DNA from: Piromyces finnis finn
Taxonomy: Eukaryota; Fungi; Neocallimastigomycota
Reading direction: 5' to 3'
DNA: 64,000 bases
NCBI GenBank assembly: GCA_002104945.1
Contig: MCFH01000027.1
Location: forward strand, 1 to 64,000
This document shows, one piece after another, positions 37,224-48,845 of this stretch (position 1 is its first letter; each line of letters starts with the position of its first letter). The translations under genes and the position numbers were made by a program. The notes under the pieces were generated by a model that had not been told where the DNA came from, searched no databases, and saw nothing but the letters and a program-made list of their open reading frames with translations.

Positions 37224-37235
37224 GGAGGAGGACCA
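37224..37235 (+). promoter_or_regulatory. Polypurine tract of retrotransposon 1
   Basis: GGAGGAGGACCA immediately before the 3' LTR. Confidence 0.8.
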
Positions 37236-37674
37236 TGTAATGAATACTAGAAATAACTAAATTGTCTTAGTGGTTAGTAGCTAAGACTTTGAGTCTGAAT
37301 GACACTAGTTCGAGACCTCATAGATACTATTTTAAAAAAATTATAATTTTATTTTATTTTATTTTATTTTTAAATTTTATTTTATATGAAGATTATTGAT
37401 TGGTTAAGAATTTTAAGTTGAAAAAATTTTATAAATTAATTTAAAAAATTTTTAGTATAAATACGAGTGAATTTTCCCAAATATTTTAAAGAATCGAGAT
37501 TTTATTAATAAATAATTATATTATTAAACACTAACTTATTAAGTTAAATTCTATGTGTTTTTAATGATATTTTTATAAATTAATAATTTACAGAATATTT
37601 TAAAGTGTTAATATTACTAAGTTATTTAGTAAATATTATAATTTGTTTTATTGTTAAAGACACATTTCTTTACA
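37236..37674 (+). repeat. 3' LTR of retrotransposon 1
   Basis: Copy of 31154-31592, followed by TSD ATACC. Confidence 0.97.
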
Positions 37675-38327
37675 ATACCCTAATAAAAACAAATTTATTA
37701 ATAAAACGATTTTTCTTATTTCATTTTAATATTATTCTTGAGTATTAATAAATTTATTAATATTTTATAAATAAAATTAAAATTCCTCGAACCGTAACAT
37801 TGTGATAAAGAATGAAATTTATAAATAATGAATTAATAGAATAGCTGATTTTAAAATTACATAAACTTAATATAAATTAAAATAATAGTAAATAATCAAA
37901 ATAATATAAAATATAAATGTTTAATTAAATTTTAAAAATGTAAAATATAAACAACTTTTGTTTATAAACAAACTTAAATGTAATTATTTATTATAAATAT
38001 AAATAGAAAATATTATTTTAAAAACTGTTACTAATTAGCCAGGAAAATTAGAATATTTTAATAATAAAATAATAAATTAATATTTTTTTTATAATACATA
38101 GCGAGATGTATTATATATTTATTTTAAATAAATAAACTAATATTATAAAACAAGATGTGTTTTCTAATTTTTAAACTTTATTTATAAATTATATAAAACT
38201 TGTAGAATGAGCAAGTAAAAATAAATCATTCAAATACACACCAAATATACCATTTTCTAAGCTTATTTAGTATTTATAAATTATATAAAACTTGTAGAAT
38301 GAGCAAGTAAAAATAAATCATTCAAAT

Positions 38328-38977
38328 TGTAAAAGTATAAAATTTAAAACAGATTTCATACTTAAAACAAAACAATTTTTATTAACACAAAAATAAAAAA
38401 ATAAAACAAAACAATTTTTATTAACACAAAAATAAAAAAATAAAACAAAACAATTTTTATTAACACAAAAATAAAAAAATAAAACAAAACAATTTTTATT
38501 AACACAAAAATAAAAAAATAAAACATTAAATTTTTATTTTAAAAATCATTTTATTTAAAACTCTTAAAAAGATTATTAACTATATAATAGTTAATAATTA
38601 AAAAATTGAAAATAACAATTACATCGATTGAATAAACAAAAATTACATGTATTTATATTTTTTCATAATTATATTCTAATATATTATTCTATTTAAATAA
38701 ACATATATTTAATATAAAATAAACAAAACTAATTTAATTAAATAATAAAATAACAGAACTAAACTAAACTAATTCATTATACTTTTAATTCAATTTGAGT
38801 AAACTCAAAATTGAATAAAGCCCATGTATTTTCTATAAATTAATTTAATATTATCAATACTATTCTTAATATATTTCCTATTGAAATATAAATAAATCTA
38901 TTTTTAAAACTAAGTTAAAATTATTAAACTATTCTAAATTTAAATAAGAAAGTATAATCTAAAATAACCTTTATGTT
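38328..38977 (-). mobile_element. Family H LTR-like repeat (diverged relative of family A), truncated and joined to an RT fragment
   Basis: Matches 62525-63015. Its reverse complement shares AATACATGGGC and ATCGATGTAATTGTTATT with family A at similar spacing. Contains a 39-bp unit x4 at 38364-38519. Confidence 0.7.
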
Positions 38978-41305
38978 AAATTAGAAAAATGTGAGTTTGA
39001 TGTTGAGAAAGCCACTTTTCTTGGTTATGTCATTTCAAAAGATGGGTTGCAAATGGATGAGAATAAAGTTAAAGCAATTCTCGATTGACCGGTTCCTAAG
39101 AATGTTAAAGAGGTTCAGTCTTTTATTGGTTTATGCAACTATTACAGAATTTTTATTAAAGACTTTGCTAAAATTGCAAACCCTCTTCACAAACTCACTA
39201 GAAAGAATGTTGCTTTTAACTGGGTGAAAGAAGATCAGGACGCTTTTATTTTATTAAAAACTCTGTTCACGTCAGCTCCTATTCTGAAACATGCGGATAG
39301 TAATAAACAATTTATTGTAGAAACTGATGCTAGTAATTATGCTGTCGGTGCTATTCTCTCTCAAGAATTTGATGGCAAATTACATCCTATTGCATTTCTT
39401 TCTAAAAGTTTGACGAGTTGTCAAAGAAACTATCCTATATATGACAAGGAACTTTTAGCTATTATAGTTGCTCTTGAAGAATGGCGTCATTATTTAGAAG
39501 GTGCACGCCATCCGTTCATAATTTATACTGATCACAAGAATTTAACATTTCCTAGAAAACCTGAAATGTTATCTCAGAGACAAATTAGATGGAATTTGTT
39601 CTTATCTAGATTTGATTTTAAACTCATTTATAGAGCTAGAAAGAAATCCGGTAAGCCTGATATCCTGTCTCGTAGAAGTGACCATTCAGTGAATAATATT
39701 AATTCTGATGTTTCTTGTCTTACTATTTCGCTTCATCATAGCGATAACAAACCGTTAATCGATTCTATTTTATTAGAACTTAAAAATGACGATTTGTATA
39801 ATTCTATTGTCCAATTTAAAATGAATGGTTCTGCATGTAATGCACCTATTAAAAATATTGATAAAGTTATTATTGATAATGAAGGATTTTTATTATATAA
39901 TAATCTTATTTATGTTCTTAAATCTCTTAGGACAAGAATTTTGGAGCCTCATCATGATTCTGTTGCTGCTGGTAATTTCGGTATTAAGAAAACCACTGAA
40001 CTGATTTCTAGAAACTTTTGGTGGCCAAGATTTCATTCAGATGTTAAATCTTTTATTAAATCTTGCGTGACTTGTTGCAAATCCAAAGTCCCCAGACATA
40101 AGCCTTATGGATTGTTATCCCCCTTGGACACTCCCAGTAGGCCCTGGTCTGATATTTCTATCGACTTCATTGTCGACCTTCCTAAGTCCAGAGATATGAC
40201 AACACTTATGGTTGTTGTCGATAGATTTACTAAATTTGCTCACGCCATTCCTTTACGTTGTCTTCCTACTGCTTCGATTGCTGCTGATGCTTTTATTGCT
40301 AATGTCTTTCGTTTGCATGGTCTTCCTGATTCCATCATTTCTGATAGAGGCTCGCAATTTACTTCTGATTTTTGGTCAAGACTTTGTGACCTTCTCAATA
40401 TCAATCATTCATTATCAACTGCTAACCATCCGCAGACAGATGGTCAAACGGAGAGGGTGAACGGCATATTAGAACAATATTTCCGTTGTTTTATAAATAA
40501 AAAGCAGAATAACTGGGTTGATCTTATCCCATTTGCTGAATTTGCATATAATAATACTTTACAACAATCTATAAATCAATCCCCATTCTTTGCTAATTAT
40601 GGTTTTCATCCAAAGTTCAGCTTAGAAATTCCAGCTAATGATAGACCTAGTAGAGCTGAACAAAGAGTAATTGATATGAATGAAAACTTTAAATTATTAA
40701 AAGAAAACTTAGAAAAAGCATAAGAAACATATAAGAAATATGCCGATATGAAAAGAATGATTCCCCCGGAGTTCGAAGTAGGAAAGAAAGTATGGTTATT
40801 GAAAGATTCTCCTGGAACTAACTTAAAGAAAAAATTAGCACCTCAAATGCTTGGCCCATTTGAGATAATTGAAAAAGTTAGTTCCCTCGCTTTCAAATTG
40901 AAACTTCCAAAGACAATGAGATGTCATCCAGTCTTTCATGTCTCATTGTTAGAACCATACTTTGAAAACGAGTTTAACGATAGGTCTAATCGTAGGAAGA
41001 GGAACATTCACCTTAACACAGATTTGTTTGAGAAAATCCCAGAGAAAATTGAGAAGATGAAATCTGTTAATGGTGAAACATTTTATAAGTTATCGTGGAA
41101 AGGATTTGACAAATCCACCTGGATTTCTGAAGATCATATTCCAGATAAACAATTAGTACAAGAGTTTGAAAGAAACTCTAAAAAGTCAAAATATAAGTCG
41201 AACGACACCTCCATGAAAATTAAAAAGAATAAAGTTGGTAATCTAATCAAGCACAGATACCAACCATTTGTAATTGAAATTCCTTCGAGAAAAGATTCCC
41301 TATAA
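38978..41305 (+). pseudogene. Retrotransposon 2: 5'-truncated pol relic (end of RT, RNase H, integrase, chromodomain-like tail)
   Basis: One continuous frame from KLEKCEF with in-frame stops at 39086-39088 (TGA at a conserved Trp) and 40721-40723 (TAA). Motifs ETDASNYAVGAIL, SDRG, HPQTDGQTER, LGPF, YKLSWKGF. Confidence 0.92.
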
Positions 41306-41341
41306 ATTAATCTCGCAGGAGCTCGACTTAGAGAGAGAGAT

Positions 41342-41959
41342 TGTAAAGATATCAAATGCCTCAGCTTGATATCTTTAATGTAACTTGAGCCACAAGTATT
41401 ATTGTTTAAGTTATACAATTTATATTACAGAAAAAGAATATGAGACATAATTTATTTATTAATAATTAAAGTTTGAAACAAAATAAATTATTAATTTATT
41501 TTTAATGTTTTACAAATAAATTAAATTTCTCAATTTAATTTCTTAGTTTTAGTATTGTTTTTGATAGAAAAAGATGAATAATATATAAATAATAAATGAT
41601 TAATATATAAATAATACATGGGCACATATTCAAATTAAATAGTATTTGATTTGAATTGCCTATTTAATTTTACTAAAATAATTATAGTTTAAATATTTTA
41701 TTAATAATTAAGATTTTAGTGTAGGTTTTAAATAATAATATATTTTAAATAAATAGTTATAATATAATATAAATGTATTTAGGAAAAATATAAATATAAG
41801 ATATTTTTCATCATTTTATCAATGTAATTGTTATTAATAAAATTTCTATTATAATAAAAGATATTTTTTAATAAAACAATTTTTATTTTTTTATTTTAAA
41901 TTAAGTGTTATTGTAATAGAATAGATATCCTAATCTATTCTTTCTGTGTTGCCATTACA
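41342..41959 (+). repeat. 3' LTR of retrotransposon 2 (family A, 618 bp)
   Basis: Preceded by the polypurine tract AGAGAGAGAGA; TGTAAAG...ATTACA ends. Confidence 0.92.
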
Positions 41960-42251
41960 TAAACTAACTAATTAACTAAAACTAACTAAAAATATTAATA
42001 AAAACGCGTCTTTCTCCTTTCTTTAAATAATTATATTTTTCGTCATTATATTAAATTATAAAAAGTTTTTTATACTTTATTGAATTATTTATAAGTTATT
42101 AATTTAATTTAATTTACTATTCTTATTATTACTATCGCTATATCAATTTATTAAATAAAAATATTTATATATATATATATTTTATAAGGGTTATTTCATT
42201 TGTCAAATATATGGATTTATTACATTTTTCTGAATGTATTGTACCAAAAAG

Positions 42252-43066
42252 TGATATAATTTGATAATAATCTTAATTTTGAATTTTACTTCAAAAAGTG
42301 ATTATTATATTATATCTTTAATTATAACTATATAAGTTATATGAATTAAAATTTAAAATTATTTTTATAAAAATTAATAAAATTGTTTTATTAAGACACT
42401 AAATTGTTTTATTAGAAACACTCGTTTTTCTAATATTTAATTATTTAAAATTTTATTTATTTAAGTATAAAGTGATTATTAAAATTATAAAATATTAATC
42501 TAAACTATATAATATTTCTTTATATTAATAATAATAATAATGATTAAAATAAGAATATTTACATGTATTTATATTTTCTTTTAAATTTAAACTATTTACA
42601 TTAAAATAATAAAATTAATAACTATTTACAATAAAAGAAATAAAAGTAATTAAAAATAACAATAAAAGAAACAATTAAAAGTTAAAGAATATAAAAAGTT
42701 GTTTATTTTACAATTAATTAAAGTAATAATTATTTTTAATGTTTTAATAAAGGTGTTTAATTATATTATTTTATAACATGAATTATTATATTTGTTTACT
42801 TTTAAAGTGCAATTTACTAACGAAGTTATTAAACATTTAATTTAACAATTAATTTAACAAAAGTTATATATTTTGATCTCGATTAATTAAAGTTTATTAT
42901 TTTCTTTCAATAATCAAAATATATGCAGTGTTTAGGATTAATTTTATTTAAGAATTTTGGTAAAGTACTTAATTAAACTATAACTTGTTTTAAGTTACTT
43001 TTAGGGTTAACTTAAAAATCAGGTTTAATAATAATTTTATATTTATTAATTTCATTACTTATCAAA
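42252..43066 (-). mobile_element. Family C LTR-like repeat
   Basis: Reverse complement of 26313-27125 and 60460-61251. Confidence 0.75.
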
Positions 43067-43067
43067 A

Positions 43068-44226
43068 TGATGCGTTGACCGATATATTTTTGAATAATAT
43101 AATGTTTTTAATAAATAATAAATTCTATATTATTATGATGAAACAATAAATTTAAAATAAAATAAAAAATATGTTTTATAATTAACAAATAAATCACTCA
43201 AAACTCGAAAATAAACTCTTATTATGTTTTAAATTAAATATTTATTATATTTTATAATTTATTTATTATCTGTTTATTGTCTTTTTTATTCTCTATTTAT
43301 TGTCCCCTTCTTTATAAAGAAGAATTTTATCTTCCTTTTATACATTTTCATTTATTAAATGTATTATTATTTTTAACTATTAAATATTATTATTACTATT
43401 GTTATTATTTATTAAAATTAAAAGAATAAATTAAAATTATGTCTTAGTATTATAAAATATTATAGAATATTACTTATTTGATTTTCTTATTACTTCAAAA
43501 TGTTTAAATTTAGAAAAATTATTATAAATTATCATTGACTATCATTAAATGTATAATACCTTGAATAAAATAATTAAAATTTAAAATTAAAATAATATTA
43601 AAATAAAATTAAAATAAAATTAAAATAAAATTAAAACAAAATTAAAATATTAAAGGTATCAATTATTATAAACACTCATTTTATACAGAAACATAAAAGA
43701 GTTCTGTATTTTATCTTTAGAATTGTTATTATTGTTCTATTTCCAGGTTTTAAGTTTATCATTTTAGTAATAATTACTCAATTAGTTATTTATCAATTTA
43801 TAAGTTTAAGAGAATTTCTAAAGAACACTTGGATAAACACTAGAATTCATAATTTGATGTATACCATTTTATTTTCAGTTTATTCATTTTTATTTATTTA
43901 TTATTATTTTATTATTTTAGTACATTATTGGATTAAGTCGTTTTATTTTATTTAATAATTTACTTTATTTAATAATTTACTTTATTTAATAATTTACTTT
44001 ATTTAATAATTTATTTTATTATTATCACTATTAGGTCGTTTTTACTCAGAATTTATTATATAATAAAGATAATATTATTTATTTAAAGAAAGGGTTATAT
44101 TTTCATAAAATTATTATTCATTCATTTTTAAGAGTTATTATCGTTTATTTTTATTATAAGTTACTATGGGTTAAGTCGTGTTTATTCAGTTAGTTTTTAT
44201 TATGTTTTTATGTGAGTAGCGTATCA
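43068..44226. mobile_element. Possible solo LTR-like insertion (1159 bp)
   Basis: TGATGCG...CGTATCA imperfect inverted termini and a reconstructed TSD CAAAA/CAAAT. Single copy in the window, so weak. Confidence 0.3.
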
Positions 44227-44229
44227 CAA

Positions 44230-45015
44230 TGTAATAATTCCATTATAAATTATTATATAATAGAATTATTAACTACAATTTATTGATAAATTGAGAATAA
44301 AAAGAAAATAAATATTAATACTTATCTTTAAGTTCGAGTTTATTATAAGAGTAGAAATAATTTTACACTTTAATAAGTTAATATGTTTTATTATAACTAA
44401 GTTAAGTAAAATAAAATTAAAAAACACTTTTATTATTATAATTTGTTTCTTATAATAATAACTCTTGATTCCTTAGAAGAGAATCAAGAGTCTTTATTTA
44501 TATTATTTAATAAATTTAAAGTTTAAATTAAAATTTTATCTAATCTTAACAAAATAATTTTTTGTTTAGGAAAAGATTAGAAGAAAAACCTAAACAAAGT
44601 TCGATCAATATTCTATACATATTGATCATCGTATATTTTAAGTAAAACCAATTATTTTAGAAATTGGAAAAACCTTAAAATATCGATTCCTAAACAATGA
44701 ATAATTATTTTAAAGTAATTAATTAAATAAATAATTAAATATATTTGATAAAAATATAAAGTTAAATAAAAGTAATTAATTAAATTAATTAATTAAATGA
44801 ATAAATATAATTAATAAAAATATTAAATAAAATATTAATGAATAATATAATTAAATGGCTAAATGTAATTTAAGATATTAAAATTAAGTGAAAATAAATA
44901 ATTAAAACAAATTTAAATGAGAATAATTATTTAAATAAACTAATATTAATAACATTAATTAATGATTTTAACTAAGAAATATTAATTATGTATCAAATAA
45001 TTATTATTTCTTACA
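44230..45015 (-). mobile_element. Family B solo LTR (786 bp)
   Basis: TGTAAT...CTTACA, TSD CACAA/AACAA (4 of 5), second copy at 58336-59814. Carries the ENE/pseudoknot module at 44539-44687. Confidence 0.85.
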
Positions 45016-45021
45016 AACAAA

Positions 45022-45551
45022 TGTTATGGTTCGAGGAATTTACTTTTATTTATAAAATATTAATAAATTTATTAATACTCAAAAATAATATTAAAATGAA
45101 ATAAGAAAAATTGTTTTATTAATAAAATTGTTTTATTAAGATATTAATATAAAATTATAAAATAAAATAAAAATAAAAATAAAAATATCTGTATATTCTC
45201 TAATTCTTATAATATACACCTCTTTATACTTTTTGTAAAAAATTAAGTAGTGTTAATTAAAAGAATTAGTCTTTAATTATTTACATTAATTTTAGTATTT
45301 AAATTACTTTTAAATGAATAATAAAATTACATTACTATTATAATAAATATTTATACATATTATTAAATTGATTAACATACATTAAAAGTTTACCTTAAAT
45401 ATATTTAACTAAAGAATTTTACTATTTTACAGAAATATTATTCATAATTTTAATTAATAAAAATTCATTAACTTGATAAATTAAACTAAAAGTTCAATAA
45501 ACTATAATTTTCAATATATTATTATTACTAAATTAATTTTTAAGTTTAATA
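45022..45551. mobile_element. Family D repeat (empty-site copy for retrotransposon 1), truncated and fused to family C
   Basis: Starts TGTTATGGTTCGAGG; reverse complement of the sequence flanking retrotransposon 1. Confidence 0.75.
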
Positions 45552-46111
45552 CTATATAATATTTCTTTAATAATAATAATAATAATGATTAAAATAAGAA
45601 TATTTACATGTATTTATATTTTCTTTTAAATTTAAACTATTTATATTAAAATAATAAAATTAATAACTATTTACAATAAAAGTAATAAAAGTAATTAAAA
45701 ATAACAATAAAAGAAATAATTAAAAGTTAAAGAATATAAAAAGCTGTTTATTTTACAATTAATTAAAGTAATAATTATTTTTAATGTTTTAATAAAGGTG
45801 TTTAATTATATTATTTTATAACATGAATTATTATATTTGTTTACTTTTAAAGTGTAATTTACTAACGAAGTTATTAAATATTTAATTTAACAATTAATTT
45901 AACAAGAGTTATATATTTTGATCTCGATTAATTAAAGTTTATTATTTTCTTTCAATAATCAAAATATATGCAGTGTTTAGGATTAATTTTATTTAAGAAT
46001 TTCGGTAAAGTACTTAATTAAACTATAACTTGTTTTAAGTTACTTTTAGGGTTAACTTAAAAATCAGGTTTAATAATAATTTTATATTTATTAATTTCAT
46101 TATTTATCACA
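45552..46111 (-). mobile_element. Family C repeat, truncated, 13 bp upstream of tRNA-Ala
   Basis: Ends TTATCACA at 46111; matches the other C copies. Confidence 0.75.
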
Positions 46112-46124
46112 AAAGGCAGTAGCT

Positions 46125-46196
46125 GGGGATATAACTCAGTGGTAGAGTGCTTGCTTTGCATGCAAGAAGCCTCGGGTTCGATCCCCGATATCTCCA
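46125..46196 (+). tRNA. tRNA-Ala(TGC)
   Basis: GGGGATA/TATCTCC acceptor, CTTGC-TTTGCAT-GCAAG anticodon arm, GGTTCGATCC T-loop. Confidence 0.96.
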
Positions 46197-46934
46197 TATA
46201 TTAATTTTAACTTTTTATTAATAGTAAATTTTTAAAATTATCAAATAGGTAAAGAAATTCTTATTTTATTGTTTTATAATTTTCTAAATACTATATTTTG
46301 TACTTTTGTTAATTAAGATTAAAAAGTGTTTTATTTAAAGTCTTAAATAATTGAATTAGATATTTTATATGTATATAAAAATATATTGTAATTTTTCTTA
46401 ATTAAATTTATATAGTTCATTATATTAATTATTTCTACAATGAAATAATTTAATGTATAACAAACGTAAGAATATGTAAAGCAAAAGAATAAAGTAAATG
46501 TACGGTTCATATAATTCTGGTATTATCATAATTGAACAATTAGCCTTATTAGTATAAACAAACTAAAGAGTAATTATTTTTAAAAAAGGTTTCTTGCTTT
46601 AGTTAATTTTATATAGTTAATGATAACAATAAACGTTATAGTATTTAGAAACAATAAAACTATTGATACGTAATAACTAATATAGTCAATTACTTTTTAT
46701 TTTAATTAATTTATTTAATTCTAGAACATTTTTAAAATATTTTATTATTTAATTAAACTTTATTTATGAACAAAATATTTTCTGTATAATGTTCATATTT
46801 ACTTTAATAAAAACTTCTCTTTCTTTATATTTTATATAAATCCTAATACAGCTTTACGTCTAATAATATTAAATTATATATATCTTAATAATTTAAAATA
46901 TAGAAGAAAAAATATTTTATTTACATAAAAATAT

Positions 46935-47006
46935 TGCCTATTGACGGAATTGAACCACCGACCTTCGCTTTACAAGAGCGACGCTCTACCACTAAGCCAA
47001 ACAGGC
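46935..47006 (-). tRNA. tRNA-Thr(TGT)
   Basis: Reverse complement GCCTGTT TG GCTT AGTGGTA GAGC G TCGCT CT-TGT-AA AGCGA AGGTC GGTGG TTCAATT CCGTC AATAGGC A. Confidence 0.94.
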
Positions 47007-47072
47007 ATTGCATTCTATTACTGATAAATAATAATTATAAATATATTATAAATTTGATATTTGTAGAACGTT

Positions 47073-47833
47073 TGTCACGAATACTAGTGAAATTACAATT
47101 TCAAGATCACTTGGAATTGTGAAATCACTTATGAAAATTCAAAATCAACAAATATTTTATTTTCAAATAAATTATAAAATTTTATTAAGAAATATTTAAA
47201 AATTTAGGAAAGGTTAAAATATGACCTTAACCCTTAATAATTTTTATAATAAATAACTTTAACCCTTATCGTTAAAATGGAATAAGAAAAAACACGCGTA
47301 TCTCCTCAACGAATGACGATTTTTGAATAAAAATATTTTGGTTATAATTACGTTCGTTAGAAAGCCACGCTCGAGACAAACAACATATCTTAAAATCAGC
47401 CTTAGTATTATAAAATATATTATGAATATAATCATGTACTAAAAAGTTATTTTAGTATTAAATGTAAAATTACAAATAGTATAAATAGTTTAGAATAGTT
47501 ATGAAATTAAAATCTTTGTAAAAATTATTAACTATAAATTATTAACTATAAATTATTAACTATAAATTATTAACTATAAATTATTAACTATTAATAATAA
47601 TTAATACTTAATGAGTATTACTACTAAATAATCTTATTATTATATTTTAGCAATATATTATTAAATAAAATAAAAGAAATTATTTTAACCATAATATATA
47701 ATTTAATTATTCATTTATAAATCAATTAAGATTATTTTAATAAAACATTTTTTTTTCTAACCTAGTTATCTTTTAACCTTTTATTTAATTTAATATTTTA
47801 ATATTAAATTATAAGTTTAGTAAAACTTTTACA
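47073..47833 (+). repeat. 5' LTR of retrotransposon 3 (761 bp; internal deletion; 14-bp repeat x5)
   Basis: Aligned by eye to the 3' LTR. Confidence 0.93.
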
Positions 47834-47898
47834 ATAATCTTTACCGCGTTTTTTACCATAACTACCTTAGGAAAAAACTTAATTTAAAAATTTAAAAA

Positions 47899-48810
47899 AT
47901 GACTCAACCAACACCTAAACCAGTTCAACAATTCCTAAAGCCTCAAGATTTAGAAGAATTTAAAAAAAATCTTTGTGGTGAATTAGACAAGTATATCACT
48001 CAACAATTGGATAAAAATACCACCTCCTTGTTAGAACGTATGGATGCTATGTTAAAGGAACTTAAGAGTCGTGCTAATTATACTGAAACCGAGGAATCTT
48101 CTACTGATTATGATGAAGATCATGATGTTATAATGCGTAATAGAACCTATCCTATCAAACAAGTACCAGATCCAGGATTCTTTACCGGTGATACTACTCA
48201 GACTGAGTTATTCTGCGAACTCTGCCAAGCTACCTTTAAAACTCCACCTAACAATCAACTATCTGAAGAAGTAAAAATTAACTTTGTTGTTGTTAGATTA
48301 CGTGATTCTGCCAGAACTTGGTATCATATTAAATATAAAGATGGTATTACTCCTATGACTATGAACGAACTATTAAGTGAATTAAACAAAGCTTTTTCAA
48401 ATGTTACCAGTACCAAATTAGCCATGATTCAATTAATAGAATTAAGACAAGCTTATGGAAAAGTGAACGATTATATTAACAAATTTAGAGATTTAAGTCG
48501 TTGTTTAGAGATAGATGACATTAGTCTTTCACTAATATTTTTAAATGGTTTACATCCAAAATATAAGAATGAAATTAAGAAAGCTGATATTTTACCTAAC
48601 ACTTTAAGTGAAATGGTTACAAAGTGTATAATTTTTGAAAATTCTCTTGCTACTAATAATAAATTAAATATCAATAATAATAATAATAAAAATCAACATT
48701 ACAATAAGAGAAACAATAGGAAATTCAATAAGAATAAAACCCATTATCAAAATTCAAACAATAATAATAATTATGTCAATAAAGTTCAAAAAATGAACTC
48801 AAAAAACTAA
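47899..48810 (+). CDS. Gag (303 aa), no zinc knuckle evident, Asn-rich C-terminus
   Basis: Position after the 5' LTR and capsid-like motifs (PDPGFFTG, RLRDSARTWY, VNDYINKF, FLNGL). Confidence 0.85.
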   Translation: MTQPTPKPVQQFLKPQDLEEFKKNLCGELDKYITQQLDKNTTSLLERMDAMLKELKSRANYTETEESSTDYDEDHDVIMRNRTYPIKQVPDPGFFTGDTTQTELFCELCQATFKTPPNNQLSEEVKINFVVVRLRDSARTWYHIKYKDGITPMTMNELLSELNKAFSNVTSTKLAMIQLIELRQAYGKVNDYINKFRDLSRCLEIDDISLSLIFLNGLHPKYKNEIKKADILPNTLSEMVTKCIIFENSLATNNKLNINNNNNKNQHYNKRNNRKFNKNKTHYQNSNNNNNYVNKVQKMNSKN

Positions 48811-48845
48811 GAAATGAACTCTCAAGAGAGTCTAAGAGAGTTCAT
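48801..48845 (+). promoter_or_regulatory. -1 programmed ribosomal frameshift signal
   Basis: A AAA AAC heptamer in the gag frame just before TAA, 6-nt spacer, perfect 10-bp stem ATGAACTCTC/GAGAGTTCAT. The -1 frame is open from 48783 into pol. Confidence 0.88.

Larger units (their letters stand above)
31154..37674 (+). mobile_element. Retrotransposon 1: full-length Ty3/Gypsy chromovirus, Tf1-like single gag-pol ORF
   Basis: 439-bp LTRs (31154-31592 and 37236-37674) that look identical by eye, TG..CA ends, TSD ATACC, PPT, and gag-PR-RT-RH-IN-chromodomain order. Confidence 0.97.
30557..37799. mobile_element. Family D LTR-like repeat split by retrotransposon 1 (30557-31153 and 37680-37799)
   Basis: The joined flanks are the reverse complement of the uninterrupted copy at 45022-45551. 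Termini TGTTAAGG and CCGTAACA. No clear TSD. Confidence 0.7.

Noticed and set aside
45022-45040. GGTTCGAGG at the family D terminus as a B-box
   Set aside because: It lacks the conserved C61 equivalent and has no A-box at a suitable distance.
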